Part shown: positions 7,978 through 16,831 of the stretch, piece by piece
How the letters are laid out: each line of letters begins with the position of its first letter
Position numbering within the stretch: position 1 is the first letter of the stretch
Assembly: GCA_900543145.1 (NCBI GenBank)
Contig: UQPZ01000002.1
Span: forward strand, 111,497-175,496
Reading direction: 5' to 3'
DNA from: an uncultured Ruminococcus sp.
GTDB taxonomy: Bacteria > Bacillota > Clostridia > Oscillospirales > Ruminococcaceae
Length of the DNA: 64,000 nt
Made by a program: the position numbers and the translations under genes
Notes under the pieces: generated by a model
What the model was told of the DNA's origin: nothing
The model's database searches: none
What the model saw: the letters and a program-made list of their open reading frames with translations, nothing else

Positions 7978-8910
7978 ATGGCAAAAAAGGAAAGGTTGAA
8001 AAACGGCTTGGATTCGTTATTTGAGGACAATTTCAGCGAAAGCGGAGAAGCTTCCGAGGAAGGAAAAAATTCCGACGTAAGGGAAATACGAATTTCGCTT
8101 ATAGAGCCTGACAGGAATCAGCCGAGATCGGATTTTGACGAGGAGAGGCTTAACGAGCTGGCGGAAAATATCAGACAGCACGGAGTTTTACAGCCGATAC
8201 TGGTGCGTCCTTTTGGCGAGGACAGGTACATGATAGTTGCCGGAGAACGGCGTTGGAGGGCGGCTAGAATAGCCGGACTGAGCGAGATACCCGCGCTTAT
8301 AAGGGAGCTTACGGAGCTGGAGGCGGCTCAGATAGCTTTGATCGAGAATATTCAGAGGGAGGATCTGAATCCTATTGAGGAGGCCAAGGCTTACAGGCGG
8401 CTTTCTGATGAATTCGGAATGAAGCAGGAGGATATTGCCCGTATAGTGGGGAAATCGAGGGCGGCGGTTTCTAACTCAATGAGGCTTCTTAATCTTATTC
8501 CTGAGGTTCAGGAGGCGGTTTCAAGCAAGCAGATCTCCGCAGGTCACGCAAAGGTTCTGTGCGGAGTTGAGAATCCTGAGCAGCAGAGGATATTAATGCT
8601 TCAGGCGCAGAACGACAATATGTCAGTAAGGGATTTTACGCAGCACGTTGAAAAGGTACTGGGCGGCGGCTACAAGCGTGAGGCTGAGGAAAGAAATTCA
8701 CGCAAGGCTTCAGGCGGCAGGATAAAGAAGGTAGTATTCGGCGACCCTGACGAAAAAATGCTTTTAGAGGCAAGGACGGCAATTTACAGCGAATACGGTA
8801 TAGCTCCCGATTTCAAGCGAACAAAGACGGGAGTAATTATAATGGATATGGAATTCGGCAGCGACGAAATGTTTGCAGACTTTTTAAAAAGAATATCTCA
8901 CAAGTCCTAG
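7978..8910 (+). CDS. parB: Chromosome partitioning protein ParB/Spo0J
   Basis: N-terminal GLDSLF, ParB box GERRWRAARIAG, HTH QEDIARIVGKSRAAVSNSMRLL. RBS GGAGG. The final codons and stop (AAG TCC TAG) lie within the first repeat unit. Confidence 0.9.
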   Translation: MAKKERLKNGLDSLFEDNFSESGEASEEGKNSDVREIRISLIEPDRNQPRSDFDEERLNELAENIRQHGVLQPILVRPFGEDRYMIVAGERRWRAARIAGLSEIPALIRELTELEAAQIALIENIQREDLNPIEEAKAYRRLSDEFGMKQEDIARIVGKSRAAVSNSMRLLNLIPEVQEAVSSKQISAGHAKVLCGVENPEQQRILMLQAQNDNMSVRDFTQHVEKVLGGGYKREAEERNSRKASGGRIKKVVFGDPDEKMLLEARTAIYSEYGIAPDFKRTKTGVIIMDMEFGSDEMFADFLKRISHKS

Positions 8911-9110
8911 GTCTTAGCGCATTCGGCGCAATTCGCATAATCGCTCCTGACGTCGCTCGTTTGTGCTGGTGGGTACTTATATGCTGCGGCAATAGATTGC
9001 AAAAAACTAAGCATAAAAAGGTCTTGGCGCAGACAGTGCAATTCGCGTGATCGCTCTTGGGGTCGCTCCAAGGTGCGGGATGTCGATTTACTGCCGCGGT
9101 AAAAGAGAGT
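8901..9110. repeat. Second array of the same repeat family: 2 units, the second being the terminal variant
   Basis: CAAGTCCTAGGTCTTAGCGCATTCGGCGCAATTCGCATAATCGCTCCTGACGTCGCTCGTTTGTGCTGG ..., then GGTCTTGGCGCAGACAGTGCAATTCGCGTGATCGCTCTTGGGGTCGCTCCAAGGTGCGGG. Same polarity and same terminal-unit signature as the array at 7251. Confidence 0.8.
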
Positions 9111-9226
9111 GTCAGGCAAGGCAAACAAGTTTCAGTGATCATGTTTAAGGTATGTTTTCAGAATGTTATTAAATCTCAATAGGTATATTAATAATAATTT
9201 TTATAACTATATTAGGTGGAGGTATT

Positions 9227-9889
9227 ATGAAAAGAAAACTTGTATTATTTATGGCGGCTGCCTTTTTGGTTTCTAATTTAACAGCCTGCAAAAATTCTGA
9301 AAACACATTATCGTCTGAAGATGATAAAAGCCGAAGCACACAAAGCAGTATTTCCGAATCGGTTTCGGAAAGTACGGAAAGCGATACTGTTTCGATTGCA
9401 GAGGCAAAGGGCGAGTTTGACTGGGATACGGCAATGGATAACTTCTATATTAAGGGAATTAAGATAGAGTATCCTTTTTCTGAACGTACATTAGGTAATG
9501 ATTTTATTTTTGAGGAGAATCCATTTTATAATACAGCCGGAGATTACCTTGAATTTAAGGTGGATCATACTCAAAGCCAGGATTTATGGCTGTTTTCAGC
9601 AAAATTTAAAAAGGTTAATGTTAAAACATATAATAATGATTGTATAGTAAGTGCTGTTACATCATTAACAGAACCAAATATCCAGGGAATAACCGAAGGA
9701 ATTTCAATGGATAAAGTATATTTGATTTGGGGAAAACCTGATGAGATTGAACAAAAGCATAGTGAAAGTAATTATGATACTGCAATTTATTATGGAAATG
9801 AAGAAGGCCAAAAGATATATCTATGGTACGATAATATTTCTAATGAGCTTCTTACTATAAGTATTGATTTTGAGAATATGAAAGGATAA
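9227..9889 (+). CDS. Hypothetical lipoprotein (220 aa), AT-rich gene
   Basis: Lipobox MKRKLVLFMAAAFLVSNLTACKNS, then a Ser/Glu-rich linker and a globular domain. RBS GGTGGAGG. Local GC is far below the window average. Confidence 0.55.
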   Translation: MKRKLVLFMAAAFLVSNLTACKNSENTLSSEDDKSRSTQSSISESVSESTESDTVSIAEAKGEFDWDTAMDNFYIKGIKIEYPFSERTLGNDFIFEENPFYNTAGDYLEFKVDHTQSQDLWLFSAKFKKVNVKTYNNDCIVSAVTSLTEPNIQGITEGISMDKVYLIWGKPDEIEQKHSESNYDTAIYYGNEEGQKIYLWYDNISNELLTISIDFENMKG

Positions 9890-9901
9890 TAGGTGGTAAA
9901 A

Positions 9902-10066
9902 ATGGCTGATGAACAACAATTCATGAAAGATTTGTACAAAACTATTATTAAAGGATCTGATTTATATAATCAAGATGAACCATTTAGCGATATAACAACT
10001 GCTGATCCAGAAAAGATATATAAATGTGTTGATGGTAAAATTGATAATTTAAGTCTATGGATTTAA
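9902..10066 (+). CDS. Small hypothetical protein (54 aa), not in the supplied ORF track
   Basis: ATG 4 nt... rather 8 nt after GGTGG gives MADEQQFMKDLYKTIIKGSDLYNQDEPFSDITTADPEKIYKCVDGKIDNLSLWI. AT-rich and immediately downstream of the lipoprotein gene. Confidence 0.3.
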   Translation: MADEQQFMKDLYKTIIKGSDLYNQDEPFSDITTADPEKIYKCVDGKIDNLSLWI

Positions 10067-10121
10067 ATAAACCAAGTTATTTTATAAATCTAAATGATAT
10101 AATATATTAGATGGAGGTTCT

Positions 10122-10256
10122 ATGAAAAGACAACTTGTATTATTTATGGCGGCTGCCTTTTTGGCTTCTAATTTAACAGCCTGCAAAAATTCTGAAAACA
10201 CACTATCGTCCGATAATGATAAAAGCCGAAGCACACAAAGCCGTATTTCCGATTAG
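10122..10256 (+). pseudogene. Truncated duplicate of the 5' end of the lipoprotein gene at 9227 (signal peptide plus linker, then a stop)
   Basis: About 90% nucleotide identity to 9227-9360, including ATGAAAAGAMAACTTGTATTATTTATGGCGGCTGCCTTTTTGG and the RBS. The reading frame ends at TAG after 44 codons. Confidence 0.6.
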
Positions 10257-10337
10257 GTTTAGGAAAGTATGGAAAGCGGCAAGGATAATTAGGTAGTTAA
10301 AGGCAGAACATAGTAAAATAACATAAACAAAAAACCG

Positions 10338-10374
10338 CCAGTTCAATTCTGTATTGAACTGGCAGTTTTTTGTG
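10338..10374. terminator. Bidirectional Rho-independent terminator
   Basis: CCAGTTCAA-ttctgta-TTGAACTGG is a perfect 9-bp stem. It is flanked by AAAAAA upstream and TTTTTTGTG downstream, between convergent genes. Confidence 0.7.
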
Positions 10375-10443
10375 TTTACTACTATTGACTACTTCGACCT
10401 AAATCGATCCGCCCTTGTTTTTTATATTCGGTTAAGTTTAAAT

Positions 10444-12264
10444 TTATGCCTTTCTTTTCAGTACAGCCGCTACTGCGCCGACAAGGAGAACAGCCGCCGC
10501 TCCTGCCGCAGCCGCTCCTGTGGAGGGGTTACTGTCGGAAGAGTCAGCCTTTGATAAATCCTTTGCTTCGGTATTGCTGTCCGATACTGAGGAAACGCTG
10601 TCTTCATCGGACAGGCTGGTATCGGAATTGCTGTTCTGATCTGCTTCAGAGCTTTCGTAAGATGATAGGTCTGAGGTCGTATCAGAACTTTCGTCTGACG
10701 ATATGTCAGAACTTTCATTTGATGATATGTCTGAGCTTTCATCGGAGCTTTCGTCAGGAATCTCAGTATAAATCGCTTTTACTGTACAGCTTCCGGAAAC
10801 AGCGCTGAGATCGGTGTCCCATTCTCCTGTAAAGCCTTCCTTTTCGGGAATTTCAGGAGCGGCTTCCGAGTTGAAGCTGTCACCTTTGGCTACATAAACT
10901 ACGCCGAGAACATTGTCATTTTCATCAACAAAGGTTACGGCATAAGAAGCGAAGGACAGGCTTCCGTCTGATTTTATCGCCCATTTGGAAAGCTCAGCTT
11001 CATTTATTTCATATTTATAGCTGTTAAGAGTATCCAAAATAGATCTAAGCTTTTCGTAATCGGTAAAATCAGATATACAGTCAATCTCTGTTCCGGTTAC
11101 CGCAGTCAGGGCTTCATTGTTTACGGTTTTGAATGATGAATTGCTGTCGCAGAAAGCGTTTTCGATCAGATAAGTACCGATGTCGGTGTTTATCGTTCCC
11201 GCAAGCAGGCCTGAGCAGCTTGAACCGCCGCTGTTTTCAGCTGATTCTATAGCCGCCGTAGAAATACAGTTTGAAATTCTGAACACATTGGAGCCGTTTG
11301 CAAAGCCGCTGCCTTCGCCTTCCTTGCCGGACATACTTCCGACGATACCGCCCAGATTAAAGGTTCCATTGACAGTAGCACCAGAATAACAGTTTATTAT
11401 TTCGCTTACCAAAGCGCCTCCCGCTATTCCTCCGCTGTGGTGAGTAGACGTGATATTTGCTTCGGAGCCGCAGTTTATAAGCCGGCAGGCTCTGAGGTAG
11501 CCTGTTAAGCCTCCGACCGCACAGCTGCCCTGAACGTCGGCATTGCTGTAGCAGTCAATAAACTCGGTGGAATACGCTCCGCCGACAAGACCGCCGATTT
11601 GTCCGACATAATCGTTTGTGTCAATGCTGCCTTTTACTGTCGTATCCGTTACAGAGCAGTTTTTGATAGTATGTGTGGGAGTAGCAGAACCGGCATACGG
11701 AATATCTCCGATCTCACCGATCAGGCCGCCTACAAACCAAGAGTTTACTGAAACCTCGCAGTTGGTGACATGACAGTTTTCAAGGGTAACGCTTTCGGTT
11801 TCGTCCCGTCCGGCGATAATTCCGACAAAGCCGTTGCTGGTGTTTTCAGATTCAATTACGGTGCAGTGGTCAAAGGTAATGTTTCTGACTGTTCCGCCGG
11901 CTATGGTATTGAAAAATCCCAGGTTTGCGGTTTTACTGTAGTCCGGATCTTGAATGTCGGAGCTTGTGATGGACATATTTGAGATAGTATAGCCATTGCC
12001 GTCAAAGATGCCTTTGAATTTGTACATGCCTGTCCATTCAATGCCGGTCATATCAATATTGTCGGTCAGCTCTACCGTCAGGCTGTCGGCAGCGTAATCG
12101 CCGTTATCCCAAGCGGTTTTAAATTGCACGAGGTCTTCTGCCGATCCCAGCTTAACGGTAACGTCCGAACCCTCAGCGGCGGAAGCGTTCAGCAGGCAAG
12201 CCGGAGTTACAGCCAGAGCCGCAGCTGAAAGAACAGAAAGCAAGCGTTTTTTGATATTTAACAT
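10444..12264 (-). CDS. Cell-wall-anchored surface protein with GLUG-motif repeats and a Ser/Asp-rich stalk
   Basis: Signal peptide MLNIKKRLLSVLSAAALAVTPACLLNASA. Repeated GGLxG / GGIAG / GGIVG (GLUG-like) beta-helical repeats. SDESSDISSNESSDISSDESSD stalk. C-terminal NPSTG, then a hydrophobic stretch and KRKA, which is a sortase-type sorting signal. Confidence 0.6.
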   Translation of the reverse strand: MLNIKKRLLSVLSAAALAVTPACLLNASAAEGSDVTVKLGSAEDLVQFKTAWDNGDYAADSLTVELTDNIDMTGIEWTGMYKFKGIFDGNGYTISNMSITSSDIQDPDYSKTANLGFFNTIAGGTVRNITFDHCTVIESENTSNGFVGIIAGRDETESVTLENCHVTNCEVSVNSWFVGGLIGEIGDIPYAGSATPTHTIKNCSVTDTTVKGSIDTNDYVGQIGGLVGGAYSTEFIDCYSNADVQGSCAVGGLTGYLRACRLINCGSEANITSTHHSGGIAGGALVSEIINCYSGATVNGTFNLGGIVGSMSGKEGEGSGFANGSNVFRISNCISTAAIESAENSGGSSCSGLLAGTINTDIGTYLIENAFCDSNSSFKTVNNEALTAVTGTEIDCISDFTDYEKLRSILDTLNSYKYEINEAELSKWAIKSDGSLSFASYAVTFVDENDNVLGVVYVAKGDSFNSEAAPEIPEKEGFTGEWDTDLSAVSGSCTVKAIYTEIPDESSDESSDISSNESSDISSDESSDTTSDLSSYESSEADQNSNSDTSLSDEDSVSSVSDSNTEAKDLSKADSSDSNPSTGAAAAGAAAVLLVGAVAAVLKRKA

Positions 12265-12381
12265 ATTAATTCTCCTTTAACTAAGTTTTATCTAAGTTTA
12301 TCATAAAGTTGTCTTGTTGTCAACAAATTATTTATATAAAATTCAAATTTCAATCGTCAGGCTTCACATAGTCGGCAATAC

Positions 12382-12410
12382 TTGACTATTGCAGGGAAAT
12401 GTAATATAAT
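12382..12410 (+). promoter_or_regulatory. Sigma-A-type promoter for serS: TTGACT-17 nt-TATAAT
   Basis: TTGACT at 12382-12387 and TATAAT at 12405-12410, 37 bp upstream of serS. No T-box leader is present. Confidence 0.55.
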
Positions 12411-12446
12411 TAAAAAGATATTTAAATATTTAAGGAGTAGATCAAA

Positions 12447-13733
12447 ATGCTGGATATGAAACTTTTAAGAACCGATCCCGAATTGGTTAAGGAGAATATC
12501 AAGAAGAAATTTCAGGACGATAAGCTTGTGCTGGTTGACGAGGTTGTTGAAATGGATAAGGAATATCGTTCAACAAAGACCCGCTGTGATGAATTGAGAT
12601 CAAAAAGAAATACCATGAGCAAGCAGATCGGAGGTCTGATGGCTAAGGGTCAGAGGGACGAGGCTGAAAAGGTCAAGGCTGAGGTAAAGGCTATCGGCGA
12701 CGAGCTTGCGGCGCTTGAGGTAAAGGAAGCTGAGCTTGAGGGCGAAATCAGAAAGAGAATGCTGGTCATTCCGAATATTATAGACCCGTCTGTTCCTATC
12801 GGAAAGGACGACAGCGAAAACGTTGAGCTGGAAAGATTCGGAGAGCCGTTTGTTCCGGACTTTGAGGTGCCGTATCATGTAGACATTATGGAGAGGCTCA
12901 GCGGAATTGATCTTGATTCCGCAAGAAAGACCAGCGGAAACGGCTTTTATTATCTCTGCGGCGATATTGCAAGACTTCACTCTGCAATTCTGTCCTACGC
13001 CAGAGATTTCATGATCGACAGGGGATTTACCTATTACATTCCTCCGTTTATGATCCGCTCCGACGTTGTTACGGGCGTAATGAGCTTTGCGGAGATGGAA
13101 AATATGATGTACAAGATAGAGGGGGAGGACCTTTATCTTATCGGTACTTCCGAGCATTCAATGATAGGCAAGTTCATTGACACTATTACACCTGAAAGCG
13201 AGCTGCCCAAAACGCTTACAAGCTACAGCCCCTGCTTCAGAAAAGAAGTAGGCGCTCACGGTATTGAGGAGAGAGGCGTTTACAGGATACATCAGTTTGA
13301 AAAGCAGGAAATGATAGTAGTATGCAAGCCGGAGGAAAGCAAGGAATGGTACGACAGGCTTTGGAAAAACAGTGTTGATTTCTTCCGTTCGCTGGATATT
13401 CCAGTAAGGACGCTGGAATGCTGTTCGGGGGATCTTGCGGATCTGAAGGTAAAGAGCTGCGACGTTGAAGCATGGAGTCCTCGTCAGAAGAAGTATTTTG
13501 AGGTCGGCTCATGCTCCAATCTGGGCGACGCTCAGGCAAGACGGCTCGGCATAAGGATAAAGGCAGAGGACGGTTCAAAGTATTTTGCTCACACGCTTAA
13601 CAATACAGTTGTTGCGCCGCCGAGAATGCTTATCGCATTTCTTGAGAACAATCTCAATGAGGACGGCTCGGTAAGGATACCGGAAGCTCTCAGAATGTAC
13701 ATGGGCGGAAAAGACCTGATAGCTGTCGATTAA
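12447..13733 (+). CDS. serS: Seryl-tRNA synthetase
   Basis: 428 aa with an N-terminal coiled-coil arm and class II aaRS motifs such as FRKEVGAHGIEERGVYRIHQFEKQE. RBS AAGGAG. Confidence 0.9.
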   Translation: MLDMKLLRTDPELVKENIKKKFQDDKLVLVDEVVEMDKEYRSTKTRCDELRSKRNTMSKQIGGLMAKGQRDEAEKVKAEVKAIGDELAALEVKEAELEGEIRKRMLVIPNIIDPSVPIGKDDSENVELERFGEPFVPDFEVPYHVDIMERLSGIDLDSARKTSGNGFYYLCGDIARLHSAILSYARDFMIDRGFTYYIPPFMIRSDVVTGVMSFAEMENMMYKIEGEDLYLIGTSEHSMIGKFIDTITPESELPKTLTSYSPCFRKEVGAHGIEERGVYRIHQFEKQEMIVVCKPEESKEWYDRLWKNSVDFFRSLDIPVRTLECCSGDLADLKVKSCDVEAWSPRQKKYFEVGSCSNLGDAQARRLGIRIKAEDGSKYFAHTLNNTVVAPPRMLIAFLENNLNEDGSVRIPEALRMYMGGKDLIAVD

Positions 13734-13835
13734 GACGGGTTTAGATCCGGGGCGGCGGAAAGTACGGCGGCAAAAGCTGACGGCGGTAACTATACGCTTT
13801 GTTCGTAAATATAAATGTAAAGATAAGGAGCTTTT

Positions 13836-14900
13836 ATGGGCAGAAGTGAAAGAAAGAGAAGCATTAAGAAAACGGTTATTATTTCGGCTGCGGCAGGTTT
13901 GCTTGTCCTGTGCCTTGCGGTAATGATAACGGTTCACGTTCTGCTTAAACAGAATTTTTCCAGAGGCGAATATTCGGAATATTCAGTTTCCTACCGTTAC
14001 AGTCATTATGAGGACGGATATCCGAGAACTCCGGTAAGCTTCAGGTCGGGGAAAAACACTCTCAGAGGCTATATATACGGAGGGGACAACGACAAGGGAC
14101 TTATTGTTGTTTCTCACGGTATTGGCGGAGGTCACGAGGGGTATATAAACGAAATAGTCTGGTTTACAGAGCATGGCTGGAGGGTATTTGCTTACGACTG
14201 CACCGGAAGCTGTGAGAGCGAGGGAGAGGGAACTAAGGGACTGCCGCAGTCGGCGCTTGATCTTGACGCTGCGCTGACGTATATTGAGCAGGATAATAGC
14301 CTTTCGGGTATGAAAAAATATCTTTACGGTCACAGCTGGGGAGGATATGCGGTTACGGCAGGTCTTAATTTTGACCACGACGTCACAGCTTCAGCAAGTA
14401 TAGCGGGATATGCCTATCCGATGGAGATGATAATGGAGTTTACAGACGGTATGATAGGAGGAGCTTCAAAGCTTTTGTATCCGTTTATCTGGCTTGACTG
14501 CAAGGCGGCGTTCGGAGAATACTCGAATCTTTCGGCAATTGACGGAATAAACAAAAGCGGGATACCTGTACTTATCGTTCACGGAGAGGACGATGAGCTC
14601 ATAGGCTACGGCAGGTCGTCGATCATTTCCAAGAAGGCGGAGATAACCAATCCCAACGTTGAATATTACACGGTAAGCGGAGCAAACGACGGACACAATT
14701 CAATTTTCCAGTCACCTGAGGCCGCGGAATACAAGAATGAGCTTGAAAAGGACTATGAGAAGCTGAAGGAAAGGTACGGAAAAAAGATCCCCGGTGAGGT
14801 TCAGCAGGAGTTTTATGACGGTGCAGACAAGGAAAAAGCCAACGAATGCAACACTGAGCTGCTTGAGAAGATAAACACTTTCTTTGAAAAGGCGTCTTAG
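13836..14900 (+). CDS. Alpha/beta-hydrolase fold serine hydrolase, membrane-anchored
   Basis: N-terminal TM helix, a GHSWGG nucleophile elbow (GxSxG), and downstream Asp/His candidates. The last codon and stop (TCT TAG) are part of a repeat unit. Confidence 0.6.
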   Translation: MGRSERKRSIKKTVIISAAAGLLVLCLAVMITVHVLLKQNFSRGEYSEYSVSYRYSHYEDGYPRTPVSFRSGKNTLRGYIYGGDNDKGLIVVSHGIGGGHEGYINEIVWFTEHGWRVFAYDCTGSCESEGEGTKGLPQSALDLDAALTYIEQDNSLSGMKKYLYGHSWGGYAVTAGLNFDHDVTASASIAGYAYPMEMIMEFTDGMIGGASKLLYPFIWLDCKAAFGEYSNLSAIDGINKSGIPVLIVHGEDDELIGYGRSSIISKKAEITNPNVEYYTVSGANDGHNSIFQSPEAAEYKNELEKDYEKLKERYGKKIPGEVQQEFYDGADKEKANECNTELLEKINTFFEKAS

Positions 14901-15095
14901 CGCAGACGGCGCAATTCGCGCAGTCGCTCCTAACGTCGCTCGTTTCTGCGGGCGGACACTAATAAGCCGCAGCTAAGTTTTGAAAAAGCTTAAACTTTCC
15001 CTTCTTGGAGGGCGGTCTTAGCGCAGACGGCGCAATTCGCGCAGTCGCTCCTGACGTCGCTCGAATAGGGGGAGATTATGCCGCGGCGGCTTTTT
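14891..15095. repeat. Third array of the same repeat family: 2 units, the second being the terminal variant
   Basis: GTCTTAGCGCAGACGGCGCAATTCGCGCAGTCGCTCCTAACGTCGCTCGTTTCTGCGGGCGG ..., then GGTCTTAGCGCAGACGGCGCAATTCGCGCAGTCGCTCCTGACGTCGCTCGAATAGGGGGAG ... CCGCGG. Confidence 0.8.
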
Positions 15096-15186
15096 GGGTG
15101 ATCTATTCTGATACGGTTATAATGGGTAAGCTAATAAAGCTTGTCCTGTGATATTAAAAATGAATGTAAAATTATAAGGTGGTTTT

Positions 15187-16563
15187 ATGTCGACGGTATG
15201 TGCAGTTTCGACTCCCTTGGCGGAGGGCGGGATCTCGGTCATAAGAATAAGCGGCGAAAAGGCTCTTGAGGTTGCAGAGAGGGTCTTTGCGCCTTTTTCG
15301 GCTTTCGGCAGTGTAAGGGAAATGAAGGGCTATACCTGCGCATACGGCAGAATTATTGATCCTTCGACGGGAGAAACTGCTGACGACGCGCTGCTGACGG
15401 TATTCCGTTCGCCTAAGTCTTACACAGGTGAGGATACGGCTGAAATTTCCTGTCACGGGGGAATATATATCACCAAAAAAGTAATGCGTTTATGTCTTGA
15501 AAACGGGTGTGAGCCTGCTGAAAGGGGCGAATTTACCAAAAGGGCATTTCTCAACGGAAAGCTTTCGCTTACTCAGGCGGAATCGGTTATGGACATGATC
15601 TCGGCTCAGGGGGAATATACTCTGCGGTCGGCAAGGCTTACAAGGGAGGGCAGGCTTTTCAGGGATATTTCAGGAGTAAAAGACAGGCTTGTAAAGATAC
15701 TGGGAGAGCTTGCGGCATGGGTCGATTATCCGGAGGAGGAGCTGCCGGAAATAGAAGAGAACGCTCTTAGGGCAGACCTTGAAAATTCTATAGGGGTACT
15801 TGAAAAGATACTCAGAGATTACGACTGCGGAATGATACTGCGAAACGGAATTGACACGGTCATTGCAGGAAAGCCCAATGTAGGCAAGTCAACGCTAATG
15901 AATCTTCTTCTCGGGTACGACCGCTCGATAGTAACAGACATTGCAGGAACGACGAGAGATGTTATTGAAGAAACCGCACGGCTGGGAGAATTTATGCTGA
16001 AGCTTTCGGACACTGCCGGTATAAGGGAGACCGACGATACTGTTGAGAAAATGGGCGTAGGTCTTGCAAGAAAGCGGATCGACGAATGCGCTTTGGTAAT
16101 TGCGGTCTTTGACACGTCGGAGCCTCTTGACGGAGAGGATATAGAGCTTCTCGATTACGTTCACAGCCGCGGCAAGCGTCTGGTTGCCGCGCTTAACAAA
16201 AGCGATTTAGGCACGGCGGCTGACAAGTCGGTTTTTGAAAAATACACCGAATATATATTTGAAATTTCCGCGAAGCAGGGCGAGGGGACGGAAAAAATAA
16301 AAAAAGCCTGTGAGGATATCTTCTCGCTCGGCGGCTACGACCCGGATTCAACGGTTTTTGCAAATGAGCGGCAGAAAAACTGTGCGGAGAAGGCGCTTAA
16401 AAATCTCAGGCTTGCGCTTGACAGCCTTAACATAGGTGATACTCTTGACGCTGTTACGGTAATGATAGATTACGCTGCTCAGTCGCTTATGGAGCTGACA
16501 GGAGAAAAAGCTACAGAGGCTGTTGTAGACGAAGTATTCTCAAAATTCTGCGTAGGCAAATAG
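15187..16563 (+). CDS. mnmE: tRNA modification GTPase MnmE
   Basis: G-domain motifs GKPNVGKST and DTAG, C-terminal CVGK. 458 aa. Confidence 0.9.
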   Translation: MSTVCAVSTPLAEGGISVIRISGEKALEVAERVFAPFSAFGSVREMKGYTCAYGRIIDPSTGETADDALLTVFRSPKSYTGEDTAEISCHGGIYITKKVMRLCLENGCEPAERGEFTKRAFLNGKLSLTQAESVMDMISAQGEYTLRSARLTREGRLFRDISGVKDRLVKILGELAAWVDYPEEELPEIEENALRADLENSIGVLEKILRDYDCGMILRNGIDTVIAGKPNVGKSTLMNLLLGYDRSIVTDIAGTTRDVIEETARLGEFMLKLSDTAGIRETDDTVEKMGVGLARKRIDECALVIAVFDTSEPLDGEDIELLDYVHSRGKRLVAALNKSDLGTAADKSVFEKYTEYIFEISAKQGEGTEKIKKACEDIFSLGGYDPDSTVFANERQKNCAEKALKNLRLALDSLNIGDTLDAVTVMIDYAAQSLMELTGEKATEAVVDEVFSKFCVGK

Positions 16564-16831
16564 TCCTGACGCCGAACGGACGGATATCCCTTCCCGCTGT
16601 GCTTTGCGGGTCAAGAAGGTTCGTGTTTCTCCCCGTGAGGGGAGGTTTATTATAATTATATAGTTAGTAAGTGTTACGATATTGCACTGAAAGTCCTTTC
16701 TAATAGGGAAAGATAAGACCGCAGGAAATCATATTGATTCTGCACGTAAGGGTGTATGATCGGGTGAACGAAGATCATCAAAAACTCTTGTCCTAAGGTA
16801 ATTGCGCATATATGAAAAGAGGTTTCTGAAT

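Noticed and set aside
12265-12446. T-box leader upstream of serS (and likewise upstream of gltX)
   Set aside because: The spacers of 180 bp and 100 bp are too short and lack the T-box consensus or a specifier-loop architecture. Only a sigma-A promoter was found.
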